From the NCBI GenBank assembly GCA_043228905.1, contig JBHGNT010000014.1:20770001-20834000 (forward strand): a DNA stretch of 64,000 nucleotides, read 5' to 3'. The position numbers and the translations under genes were made by a program. The notes under the pieces were generated by a model. It was not told the DNA's origin and did no database searches. It saw only the letters and a program-made list of their open reading frames with translations. Below are positions 1-11,753 of this stretch, piece after piece. Within the stretch, counting starts at the first letter, position 1; each line of letters opens with the position of its first letter. The DNA is from Azolla caroliniana. Taxonomy: Eukaryota; Plantae; Polypodiophyta.

Positions 1-561
1 CCGCACATGGTTTTCTTCGAGCAATATCATTGATTGGAGCTCGAAGAAGGGGGGAGATTTCTCCCTTGCTAGAACGGCGGTTAGCATCGCGCCGAACCGT
101 GGTGCGAGGCCGCTGAGGAATATTTGCACCATCTCATCATCATCGATATTTACGCTTATCGAGCCGAGCGAGTCGCAAAGCTCCGTGATCTTCAAGGTGT
201 ATGTCGTGATGGACATGTCCCTTTGTTGAATGTTGTTCAACTTTTGGTAGAGTTGAAGCCTTCTTGTGGTTGTGTTAGCCGCGAAAATCTTTCGTAGATT
301 TTCCCATGCCTCCTTCGGCGTCTTGGCTTCGCGAATGTAGCCGAGCATGTGATCGTGAACACATGTCGCCAAGCAATACATCACACGACTTGCGGCTTGC
401 TCCCATGTCGCGTATCTGGGAGCCATTTCGATGGGTCGGTCTTCGTGTGCTCCTTTGATGTAGCTCCAATAGCCTTGTCCGACAAGGTATTGGTGCATCT
501 TGTACTCCCAAGATGCGAAGTTGTTTCGATCCAACTTCTCGGTAGGGAGAGCGCTCCCCAT
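1..561 (-). CDS. Ty1/copia Gag N-terminal part (UBN2-type), runs off the left edge of the window
   Basis: Manual translation from ATG at 561 is open to base 1: MGSALPTEKLDRNNFASWEYKMHQYL...AKTPKEAWENLRKIF...LQSMILLEENHVR. This has the copia gag motifs L.G/R.NF..W...M..YL and AKT.KEAW..L. Confidence 0.9.
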   Translation of the reverse strand, partial: MGSALPTEKLDRNNFASWEYKMHQYLVGQGYWSYIKGAHEDRPIEMAPRYATWEQAASRVMYCLATCVHDHMLGYIREAKTPKEAWENLRKIFAANTTTRRLQLYQKLNNIQQRDMSITTYTLKITELCDSLGSISVNIDDDEMVQIFLSGLAPRFGAMLTAVLAREKSPPFFELQSMILLEENHVR

Positions 562-582
562 TTGAGTATTCATTATGTTGAT

Positions 583-1115
583 TGTTACCCCGTACGAGAT
601 GTATGGAGAGTTAATGTGATGAGCGAGGGTCAAATGTTATCATGATGATTGTTGTGTGTGTGTAGGGGGCATAAATGTAATTGTGAGTCGATACGTATGT
701 GAACACATGCACACGTGTGTGCATGTGGATGGATACGAGGAGGTGTGAGTGAGTGTCCAATATGAATGCTCTAGGGGGCTTGCACCCCTTTGTATCTACC
801 CCCTCTTGTACTATTTAACCCCTTATAGGGAATGAATGAAGAAAGGATCATTTTTCTCTCTCAATCTCTCTCTCTCTCTTGTCATCTCTCTTTCTCTCTC
901 TCTCCCCCTCAACGTTGAATCCCCTTGGGAGGGGGGTGGAGCCATTCTAGGCACCACCCCCCACCCCACAATGCTTCTCAATGATTCTCAACATCTTCAT
1001 CTCGATCTCTCTCACCATCATACCTTCATCATCTTCACTATTACACAATGTCTATCTTTATCATCAATCATCATCATTATCATAAATATTAACCCTAACC
1101 CTAAAATGTACAACA
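583..1115 (-). repeat. 3' LTR of the non-autonomous element
   Basis: Direct repeat of 2858-3388 with TG/CA termini. Confidence 0.92.
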
Positions 1116-2857
1116 CCTTTTGGTGACCACTAAGGCGACCCCCCTTTTGAGACGAAGTCGAAGATTAATACGTGGCAGAGACAACAACGACGAAATGTGC
1201 GATAATGGTAAAGATGATGTGCAAGAAATCAAATCAATGATGTGTTGGAAATGGTGGTCACGAGATACTAAACGAAGTCGAGGAATGAGAAATGGTGTTG
1301 ACGATTTGCGTGTAGTTGATCACAAAAGAAAGACGAACAAAAGTTTATGATCTATGGGTTAGCAATGGAAGTGCAAAGGAGAGAGAGACCCAACCATCAC
1401 AAGCCGTATCTTCTAAAGATGAGACTGTATTTCTATCCACATATGACCGGTCAGACATGGCCAGAAAGACAAACGACCGGAGGGCCGAATGATGACCAAA
1501 CCAAACGGGCATGGATGGGCTGGATAGAGACAACGCTTGAATGAAGCAGCGATGGCTAGACGAGATTCGATAGACATGAATCGGACAAACGACCAGAGAC
1601 TCGTAAGACAGGGCCCACAAAGATGGAACAAAGATGGAGAAGGCAATGAAGAAAGTAAAAGAAACGCCAAAAACAACTGACGAAAACATAAGGACAAAGG
1701 CCGGAATGGCTGGACAGTGGGCGAGAGTGGCCAGAGTGACCGGAGTGGATGGACAACAGTCCGAGCGGTCAGATAGGCTGAGAGTGGCTAGACAGGACCC
1801 GGAGAGCCGAAATGGCCAGAGAGCGGCCGGACAGGACGACAGTCGAACATCATCCGTATGGCGACGACCTAATAAAGCAACCAGAGCAGCCGGGTTGGGG
1901 TGGCCAGATAACCAACGGCCAGAGCAGTGGCCGAATAGCGACGACCGGATGCCACGTACAAAGAAAGTGGCGTTGGCCTTACAATAGCCTGATAGTGGCA
2001 GTGACGGAATTGCGGCCAGAGCAGCGGTCGGACAGAGACACGCCGAACAGACAGAGGAACTGGGGATCGGACGGACAGGCGCCGAGTAGCGACAACGGAA
2101 CAATGATACAGAGACGGAGACGATGAAAACAAACACAACGGATAAACGGACATAAATCTTCTCATCACCACCGCCATCGCCACCGTGAACACACAGGCAC
2201 AGAAGATGATCACGATGAATACCAAGAAGAAGGTAGAGGAGGACGAGGAAGAGAAAGAGACAAGGACAAAAGCGAAAAAAGCGAAGGTTGAGATAGACAA
2301 GCACTACTAGAGAAGGATTAGGAAGAGGAGATGAAAAAAGAACAAGAAAATGCAGAAAATAAGAAGAAACAGAGACGGGAGAAAGAACGATAAGAAGAAG
2401 AGACAAGGAAAACAACCTAAAGAAAAACAGAAAACAATAAGAGGAAGAAGAGAGGGAAAAAGAAAAAGAAAACATAGGGGCATGTGAAGAATTTCGGAAA
2501 CATGAGTGCACACCAACAAATTTCATAAACATAAGGGTACAATATAAAATTTTAAAAACAAGAGGGCACCACTAGAATTTTGAAAATCCCCAAGAATACT
2601 CACACACACTCAAAACAAAGGAAGAATACACATACATACGACATGATTTTGGACCCATGACGAAGTTCGTAAGCTGACAGAACAAGAATGTTTGTGTCGC
2701 GGACGATTTGCTGACCGACAAAGATGTTCGAGTCAAGCATTCCGATCGAGGGAGTCGATCGTTGAAAGGACCGATGGAAGTTCCGGTCGAAGAAATATCA
2801 TCATCAAGGCATGTGGGATCGACGTGCAAGACACTTTCCCACAGGCGTGCCATATTG

Positions 2858-3388
2858 TGTTACCCCGTACGTGATGTACGGAGAGTCAATGTGATGAGCG
2901 AGGGTCAAATGTTATCATGATGATTGTTGTGTGTGTGTAGGGGGCATAAATGTAATTGTGAGTCGATACGTATGTGAACACATGCACACGTGTGTGCATG
3001 TGGATGGATACGAGGAGGTGTGAGTGAGTGTCCAATATGAATGCTCTAGGGGGCGTACACCCCTTTGTATCTACCCCCTCTTGTACTATTTAACCCCTTA
3101 TGGGGAATGAATGAAGAAAGGATCATTTTTCTCTCTCAATCTCTCTCTCTCTGTTCATCTCTCTTTCTCTCTCTCCCCCCCTCAACGTTGAATCCCCTTG
3201 GGAGGGGGGTGGAGCCATTCTAGGCACCACCCCCCACCCCACAATGCTTCTCAATGAATCTCAACATCTTCATCTCGATCTCTCTCACCATCATACCTTC
3301 ATCATCTTCACTATTACACAATGTCTATCTTTATCATCAATCATCATCATTATCATAAATATTAACCCTAACCCTAAAACGTACAACA
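2858..3388 (-). repeat. 5' LTR of the non-autonomous element
   Basis: Direct repeat of 583-1115, with the PBS adjacent on the minus strand. Confidence 0.92.
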
Positions 3389-3537
3389 TCGATTCTTCTT
3401 CTTCTTCTTCTTCTCTCCTAGAATGCGAGCTATGTAGTCGCACTATGATAGCGATGAGCCGGTTCTTCTTGAACGTCGGCGTAGAGCTCAACACACACGG
3501 ATGGGCTAGATGGAGCTACCAAACCGCTCTAATACCA

Positions 3538-3926
3538 TGTAAAGAATCAAGAGATGGATTCTGTGCAACTTAATAGATATGAACTGTGTGTGTGTATGAG
3601 AGAGTGTGTGTGAGAGAGAGACAAGGAGTAAGACACAGAGAATACGCAAGGTAAAGTACATTAACAAAGGAGAAAGACTCAACATTATACAAGGTGGGAG
3701 GAGGGTGCTTTATATAGTCACCCTCTCTCTTCATTAACTACAAGACTCATGGAGCATGGGGAATGTGAAAGCTCATAAGTTATGTGTCATAGAATATGAT
3801 TCTATGACTCATACTGAATGTTAGAATACAAAGTGGTGACATAATGGTGACTCTTGACCGTTGGAGTGTCTATTCACTCTCAAGGTGAGTTCACACACTA
3901 GACAAAGATGAGCTTGATTCTCAACA
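3538..3926 (-). repeat. 5' LTR of the copia element (~389 bp)
   Basis: TG...CA termini next to the Met PBS. The partner LTR is outside the window, so the right boundary is inferred from TCAACA. Confidence 0.7.
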
Positions 3927-5983
3927 TTATGGAAAAACCCTTGTACATTTACATTAGTTTCATCATTCTAGACATCTAGAGAATTTTGGAGCATGCATGC
4001 ATGTCTTCATAATATTCTTTGCCGACATGTTATACTTTGTTTACATGAAATTCTTAGGAAACAATTGTTCATGTTGATCCCAATCAACATGAAGCACGCT
4101 AGTTATGAAATTATAAGTACAATTTATTCTTTCTCTCTCGGTATTTTTATCTCTTGTCTCCTTTTTGCTCTAATCTAACTATTTGTGACTATTTGTTCAT
4201 TTTCCGAAGCCTCATAATGTATGCCTCTACTGATAACCTAAACCAGATGATGGCAACATTGTAACAACTCCATATAAAAAATGACAACCTTCGAGAATCA
4301 TTGCAAACTTCAAGATACTTCTCTTATGGACCTCAAGGTCATGAAACCCGAGCCTACATCAATGTCAATGATTGTTCAAACTACATAGCTTGGTTCTTTA
4401 TTGACTATTTCTTCGACACCTAAGGTTTTGGCTTAGGTTTTGCACGTAAACCTCTTCTACAAAAGCTTTCCTTATAGAGCTTGAAACAACATTCAAGGAT
4501 ACATATCAACGTTGGATGGCCCTTATCAAGCTCTACACAATATATCAAGGTATGTGTGTGGACTTTGTCTATGATTTTGAGTTTTGACAACTTGCATGTG
4601 ATGTTCAATGGGACAATCAAGCCTTGTGCAACCACTTTCATCGAGGTTGTCGAAGTGAAATCAATAATCTTTTGTTAAACATCATCACATATGTAGCAAA
4701 CATGCAATCTAATAATGAAATCTTTGTGTTATCTCAGTGTTTTTGAAAACAATTTCTTTGCCTCCTTTGCGCCAAATTGGCGTCTCCTTGAGGCCATATT
4801 TTTTGTAGCAATTTACAATGGGCTTCATCAATGTTGGAATGACTAATCAAAGTGGCAAATACACCACCAAACATGAAGCTAAAGGTTATTTCAACAACTT
4901 TCAATTGCTTATAGATGCAAAGCAAATAAATCAAATGTTTTGGTTGGTACATTTAGCAGCAAATGCAAATTTCACCACAAAGAATCTAGGTAGTGGATTC
5001 ATGTTATGACCAACGAGTATAGTGTGGATCCTAAAGGAGCTTAGTAGGACAATATATATGGGATAAGGGGTAGGTCTAACACCCTGTTATATGAATAACC
5101 TAGTTTTTTTCATAAATGGGGTTACTTTGTTATGAACCTAGATGAAAAGGCAAAATGGATTATAGGTGGTCAATTAGGGTTATCAAATAATCTTTCCCCA
5201 TTAATGGAGATACAAACAACTAAAGACAAGGAACTACACACCAAAACTTCTCAAATGGGTACAAACTCTAGTTTTTCTAACAAGGAGATGAGTGAAAAGA
5301 AACCCACAAGAAGAAAGAAACAAGTGGCTTGCAAAATGAGTAGGCACAGAAACTACAACATACCTAGGGTAGACATGATCATCGTGAAGTGAAGCGCAAA
5401 GAAGCGTCAAAAGACATAATATAAACCATTGTTGGGGAAGAGAAAGAAAGAAGACGAAGAAGCAACTAAAGAAACTACTTAGAATGGAGCACATAAACTT
5501 ATTGTTATGGAAAATGAGGGACCTCTAATGATCACATGTTTATCATACTCGTATGTGTGAAGATGATGATCATGGAGATTTTAAGGTAGTAGCATGAAAC
5601 AGGGTTCCAATTTACCACTTGTAGCTATATCTAGTCTATAGTCTTGATTTCTTAATTATATTTTATCTCTTGCAGATCTTTTGCATATTTTCAAGGTTAT
5701 TCTTTTTCCATATTTGTATTCCTATAAAAGAAGAGGTTGAAATAAGCAAGGAAACCATGACATGATTATAGACTATAGTATAAAAAAACCCTGATTACAG
5801 ACAAGAGAGGGACTTGCTTAAGTATGCCACTAGAAAACAAAAAACTTACACAATGAATTAACTTACCATGCATATGCATATGCATATAAATCCAAAGTGG
5901 ATCTATTTAAGCCCAAGATGGATTTCTTGAGAAATTTGATAATACTTTGTTTAAGCTCCAAGAGGTCTTAAACTCTTCCTCAT

Positions 5984-8879
5984 CATCGTCCCTATGATTG
6001 TCCCGTCGATCTACAACCGGGAGTAGAGACACCATGGGGACCCATTTACAACTTGTCCCCCACCGAGTTAGAAGTCCTTCGAGCCTACATAGAGGAGAAC
6101 TTGGCAAGCAGGTTTATTCGTCATTCGAAATCTCCGGCCGGTGCACCCATCTTCTTTGTCAAGAAGAAAGATGGCTCACTTCGTCTCGTCGTTGATTACC
6201 GTGGCTTAAATAAAGTCACCATCCGTAATAGGTATGCACTTCCTCTTATATCAAGCCTTTTAGAGCGAGTTAATGGTGCCAAGTTTTTTACAAAGATCGA
6301 TCTACGAGGAGCGTATAACCTCGTGCGGATCCGACCGGGAGATGAATGGAAGACCGCCTTTTGCACGCGGTATGGGCATTTCAAATATACGGTTATGCCG
6401 TTCGGTCTAACCAATGCACCCGCAGTCTTCCAACACATGGCAAATGATATATTCAGAGACCTAGTGGATATCTGTTTGATCATTTATCTGGATGATCTAT
6501 TGATTTATTCGAAGACCCAGGAAGAGCACAATGCTCATGTACTATTAGTACTAAAGCGACTCCGCGAGAATGGTCTTTATGCCAAGCTAGAAAAATGTAG
6601 CTTTGACTGCAAGCAAGTGGAATTTCTAGGCTACGTCATCTCCTCAAAGGCCATCGCCATGGATCCAGCTAAAGTCCAAACTGTACTAGAGTGGCAAATT
6701 CCACGGTCGGTACGAGATGTACAATGTTTTCTAGGTTTTGCTAACTTCTACCGTAAGTTTATACAGGATTACTCGAAGATTATTTTACCTCTCGCACAAC
6801 TTACGAAGAAGGGACAAGCATTTCTTTGGTCCATTGAAGCTGATATGGCTTTTCGGCATCTTAAGAAAGCCTTTACATCAGCACCGATTCTAGCTCATGT
6901 GGATACAAGCAAACCATTCATCATGGAGGCCGACGCATCAGATTTCGCCCTCGGTAGCATCCTTTCTCAACAAGGAGATAAAGAAGAGCTGCATCCTGTG
7001 GCTTTCCATTCGCGCAAATTCGATGTCGCGGAAATCAACTACGAAATACATGACAAGGAGTTATTAGCCATCATGGATTCATTTGTGCAATGGCAGCATT
7101 TCTTAAAGGGCTCTCCACATCAGGTCATTGTCTTTAGTGATCATAAAAATCTTGCTTATTTCCAGAACGCTCGCGTACTAAATTGACGGCAAGCTCGGTG
7201 GGCGCAATTCCTCACGCATTTCGACTTCAAAATCACATATCGACTGGGGAAGTAGCAAGGAAAAGCAAATGCACTATCACGGCATTCATATCTTGCACCT
7301 CGTCCTGGTGATCCAGCATTTGATAATCAAAAGCAAGTAATCTTGGGACCAACACGACTGCACACGACGCATATTTTTCACACCCCGATGTATTCACGGA
7401 TTACCGATGACATACGTGCAAACTTGAAGACGGATAGTTTTGCTCAAGACATCCTGGCGCACATTGATACTTCTCGGGAATCCTGTTCTCAGTCTCAACA
7501 ACCAGGTATTGACTACTGACAATTCGAATATCATGATGGTTTGTTATTCTTTAAAAAGCGCGTATATGTCCCCGATTGCTCCTGTCGCCTTCAAATCATC
7601 CAGAATTGTCACGACACCCATACGGCGGGACATTTCGGTCATACTAAGACGTTGGAGCTAGTGCAACAATCTTTTTGGTGGCCCCACATGCGCCGTTTTG
7701 TCGACGACCACGTTCGGACCTGTGATGCTTGTTGCCAAGCAAAGATGCCACGACACCATCCATATGGCTTGTTGGAACCCTTACCGATTCCAAGTAAGCC
7801 GTGGCAGTCTATTTGTCTTGATTTTATCACAGATCTGCCGGTCTCGAAGGGGTTCGATGCTATCTTAACCATCGTTGATCAATATATGAAGATGACACAT
7901 TTTGTGCCGTGTACTAAGGCCATCACTAGCGAGGAAACCGCCGCCCTTGTCATGCGTGAGGTATTTTGGCATCATGGCCTCCCAGACAGTATCATCAGTG
8001 ACCGAGGACCGCAATTTGTCTCCAAATTTTGGCAGCGTCTCTTCAAGATGCTCAAGGTCTCTTGCAACCTCTCCTCCGGTGACCATCCTCAGACCGATGG
8101 GCAAGCGGAACGAACAAACCAAACGCTGGAGCAATATCTCTGGTGTTTCCTGAGTTATCAACATGACGATTGGGCCGAGATTCTCCACTTTGCGGAGTTT
8201 GCGTATAATAATGTTGTTCACTCCTCGACTCGAGTCTCCCCATTCTACGCTTATACCGGTTCTCATCCTCGCTGGTCTGTGATCGATACCCCGGAGCTAC
8301 CTACCAATCCTCGTGCTGGGGATCATTTGGAGAGACTACGCAAGATCCAGACAGATCTCTTGACTCATCTTCGTCATGCTCAACAGACACAGAAGACTTA
8401 CGCGGATAGTCATCGGCTTCCCTCCTCTTTTTCCATCGGAGATAGAGTATGGCTCTTAAGTCGTCACATCGAGACTACTCAACTGTGCGACAAGTTGGAT
8501 TATCGACGACTCGGTCCTTTCCATATTATGGGTAAGGTTAATGATGTCACATTCCGCCTTGATCTCCCTCCGCAGCTTTAGATACATCCGGTTTTCCATT
8601 GTTCTCTTCTTGAACCTTATAAAGCAAACACCATTCATGATCGTGTTACACCACCGCCGCCCCCACTGGAGTTGGACGCTAGCCCAGAGTATGAAGTTGT
8701 TGCCATCCTCGATTCCAAACTTGTTCGCAACAAACTTCATTATTTGGTCAAGCGAACATACTTGGGAACCCGTCGAGCATGTTGCCAATGCTCAGGATCT
8801 TCTTGCTGATTTCCACCGAAAGTATCCGGACAAACCCGGTCCGCAATCAGCGCCGACTCGTTCCACTCGTCGTCTTTAA
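5984..8879 (+). pseudogene. Chromovirus pol: reverse transcriptase, RNase H, integrase, chromodomain (disrupted)
   Basis: RT motifs KKDGSLRLVVDYRGLN, MPFGLTNAP, YLDD. RNase H EADASDFALG and NYEIHDKELLA. Integrase HHCC (CHD..AGHFG...CDAC), DFITDLP, SDRGPQF, HPQTDGQAER. Chromodomain EYEVVAILDSK...HTWEPVEHV. In-frame stops at ~7184, ~7252, ~7518 and ~8579. Confidence 0.95.
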
Positions 8880-8890
8880 GGGGAAGGTAG

Positions 8891-9339
8891 TGTCATAATA
8901 TGGCAAGACTCGAACCCATGACCTTATGCTACATGGGTCGAGCTCTTACCATTAGACTATGAATTGTAATATGTAAGATATTATTTTCATTTATACTTTA
9001 TCATAGAAAATTGATGTATATTCCAGATCTCTCTGGAACATTCTAGAAGCTTTAGGATTATTCCTGAGAACACTATAAAAGAGGGCACTAGGCATTATGT
9101 TGAACCAAATTGGTTCAACGCTAGTCTTAAGCCTCTTAGCTATTTTGTACTTATCCTTCACATAATATATTGGTTGTTATCATCATCTCTCTCTCTCTCT
9201 CTCATCCTCGCTATCTCTCTTTTCGCTTCTCTCTTTCTCTCTCTCTCTCGGGAGTCTTACGCAGTCCCGTCCTCTTAGTACTAATAGTACTGCTCTTCTT
9301 TAGTACTAATTCCATCTCTGCTTAATACTATTCCTGACA
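8891..9339 (+). repeat. LTR of the chromovirus (449 bp)
   Basis: Preceded by PPT aaggggaaggtag (8878-8890). Terminal inverted repeat TGTCA...TGACA. TATA-like ctataaaaga at ~9073. Confidence 0.88.
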
Positions 9340-10149
9340 AACGGTATGCTAATGACTTTTCTCAGGGTTGGCCTCATCAGCACCCTTCTCTACGGGTCAG
9401 CGCAAGCATGGTTTGCACCTGTGGTCGAGATCTCATCCCCTCTCTTAGAAAACTTCACCGCTTTCCTTGCTGAGGTCGAGGCTACATTTGGCGAGACAGA
9501 CCGGCGATGAACGACACTCACGAAGCTCTATTCCTTCCAACAAGGCTCACGTCCAGCCTTTGTCTATGCTTCAGAGTTCCACCAGATTGCCTGCGATGTT
9601 AGTTAGGATGACCAAGCCTTATGTGACCATTTTCGTCGTGGTCTCCCAAACGATGTCAAGACTCTTCTCTTGAACTTTTCGGAGCCCACATCATTGTCTC
9701 AAGTAATCTCCCAAGCTATCCAATGTGATAATCGTCTGTTTGAACTTCCTCGGGAAGAACGTGGGACTCGCGAATTTTAGTCTTCCTCCCGAAACGGGTC
9801 AATAGCCAGGCCCTATGTCTTAGTTTCTACCCCCACTCCAACCTTATCATCACCCAATGATACTCATCCTACGATGGAGGTCAATTCCCATACTCTGATG
9901 GAGATCGACCATGCTCTGTTCCAACCACTAACTAATGCCCAATGCCAACATCGTCGCGACAATGACCTCTGTCTCCATTGTGGTAACCCTGGCCATGTAA
10001 TCCACCACTACCCCGTGCGGGGCCCCCGACACCAATTCCACCGTGCACGACTTGCGGAGGTTCCTCGACAACAGGAAAACGACCAAGTCCTTGCAGTAGG
10101 AGCCATGCAGGTGGACACTTCCCGTTATCCACCTTCTTCATGCTCCTAA
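9340..10149 (+). pseudogene. Chromovirus gag, N-terminally truncated (Retrotrans_gag and zinc knuckle)
   Basis: Manual translation: RVGLISTLLYGSAQAWFAP...LLENFTAFLAEVEATFGE...QQGSRPAFVYASEF...FRRGLPNDVK, then degenerate knuckle LCLHCGNPGH. Contains stops and a frameshift. Confidence 0.85.
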
Positions 10150-10707
10150 AAGTCCGTTCCACCATTAGGAGGGTTTTCTTTGCAAGTAAGTCTTTGTTTC
10201 GGGTCGACATCAATACATTCTCATGCTTTGCTTGACTCCGGAGCATCCACTTGTTTTATCGATATATCATTTGTCCACGCACATAATATCCCCACCATCC
10301 GCACCTCACAACCCATATCTGTTGAAGCGATTGACGATCGGGTTCTCTCTTCGGGGGCGGTTACAAAAGTCATTATCCCGTTGGTACTTCAAGTCGAGGC
10401 CCACCATGAGGTACTAACCTTCTCCCTCATCGCAACCCCCCAACATCCAATTGTTTTGGGGCTATCTTGGTTGGAGGCACATAATCTGATAGTGGATAGG
10501 TGCAATCACTCCATCACTTTTCCGGTGTGGCCGATTCCAGTTGGGTCAGTACATTCTCTTGATTCCGGTGTGATCGACTCCAGCTTGGTCGCTACACTAG
10601 CCGTTTTGTTGCGGAACATCTCCGTTCCCATCAACAATTTGCCTGCACGATATAACAACTTTTCGAATATATTCGAAAAGCATAATGCAGATCGGTTACC
10701 CGCACAT
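10150..10707 (+). pseudogene. Chromovirus aspartic protease plus PR-RT linker
   Basis: ALLDSGASTCFID active site, HPIVLGLSWL motif, and linker PARYNNFSNIFEKHNADRLPAH. Confidence 0.9.
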
Positions 10708-11542
10708 GATCACAGTTTCTTTTAAAATAAGGAAACTTGGAACACATCATACACTTATTATTATCTCTATTCATTTTCTTTTCACATTGTATAATGATTG
10801 ATGTGACTAAATGTTACCATTGTTAAGTTATCACAAATATGAGTGACATAGATTTCCAATTACTAGCAAATGTTTGGTTAAATTTTCCATTATGGAATAC
10901 TACAAACAACCTTGAGCATGGGCTCTGAGGATATGAATTAAACTTCATGTACAAGTTAGTTTACTTCCTTCGTTACAAGATATATTTTGTCCTACTTGTC
11001 TATGGTTTTCCACATTGACACCTCATCAACTTATATGGTCACATTGAACAATTGTTACTCTTGATTTTGTGAACTCTAAGAATACATGTTAGGATAAACT
11101 CACAACTTGGGAGTAGTCATTGACTATATATGATAGAACAAATGTAGATAAATGTAATTAATAGTAATGTGCATCTCTTCCTTGATATCTCAAAAAATAA
11201 AATTATGTAAGTCCTAATTTACTTTTAAAGACATGTATTGGGAGAGAAGATAAACAATTAATCAATGATTGTGTTCGTATAGATGTACAATATATTGGGC
11301 ATCCTTACTAAACAAAGAAAAGTTGGAATGAGAGCATTATTGCCAAGAGAAAGAATGAAGATATTGTAGGATTTATTATGCAAATACTATATTTTAGAGG
11401 AAAGATTAATGGCCAAAGTCACATTGAGGGCCTTGTCCTATTTCTTAATCAATATCCTCATTGCTCTATTATGTCATCTGCTCAAGCATTAAAAAATGGT
11501 GAATTAATTCCAATATTTCATCCATATATAATGAATCACAAC

Positions 11543-11720
11543 CAGGGCAGGAATTTGACAGGTGTCATGCCCGTCTAAGGCCATTTTGCCCGTCAAAAAC
11601 ATACACCCAATAAAAATGTCCGTCAAGTGACATATAAACTTACAATTTTCATTTTTCATGCGAAAGGCGCCCAAAAATTATACATGTCAAATGACATGCT
11701 AAAAAATTAATTTCCATGTC

Positions 11721-11753
<33 letters not shown>

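Larger units (their letters stand above)
583..3388 (-). mobile_element. Non-autonomous LTR retroelement (TRIM/LARD-like, 2.8 kb) with tRNA-Arg-like PBS
   Basis: Near-identical LTRs at 583-1115 and 2858-3388 (TGTTACCCC...TACAACA). Flanks are ttgat and tcgat, a 5-bp TSD with one CpG-type change. Minus-strand PBS TGGCACGCCTGTGGGA at 2837-2852. No gag or pol motifs in the internal region. Confidence 0.9.
1..3926 (-). mobile_element. Ty1/copia LTR retrotransposon, 5' part; 5'UTR interrupted by a nested element at 583-3388
   Basis: Gag at 1-561. The plus strand reads gctctaatacca at 3526-3537, the reverse complement of an iMet PBS (TGGTAT[C/T]AGAGC). It directly adjoins an LTR bounded TGTAA(3538)...TCAACA(3926). 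Confidence 0.85.
5984..10707 (+). mobile_element. Circularly permuted Ty3/gypsy chromovirus (Tcn1-like) with a single internal LTR
   Basis: Domain order is RT-RNaseH-IN-chromodomain, PPT, LTR, truncated gag, protease. The right end ...DRLPAH (cat 10705-10707) continues in frame into the left end HRPYDCPVDLQ (cat 5984-5986). Confidence 0.88.

Noticed and set aside
1345-2532. 395-aa minus-strand ORF inside the non-autonomous LTR element
   Set aside because: Low-complexity F/L/S-rich translation of a pyrimidine-rich strand with no recognisable domain; such sequence is naturally poor in stop codons.
4200-5520. Short ORFs suggesting a gene or transposase fragment
   Set aside because: No recognisable motif or consistent splice pattern.
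8901-8960. Functional tRNA gene
   Set aside because: Has A and B boxes and CCA but no proper acceptor or anticodon stem pairing; kept only as a tRNA-like module.
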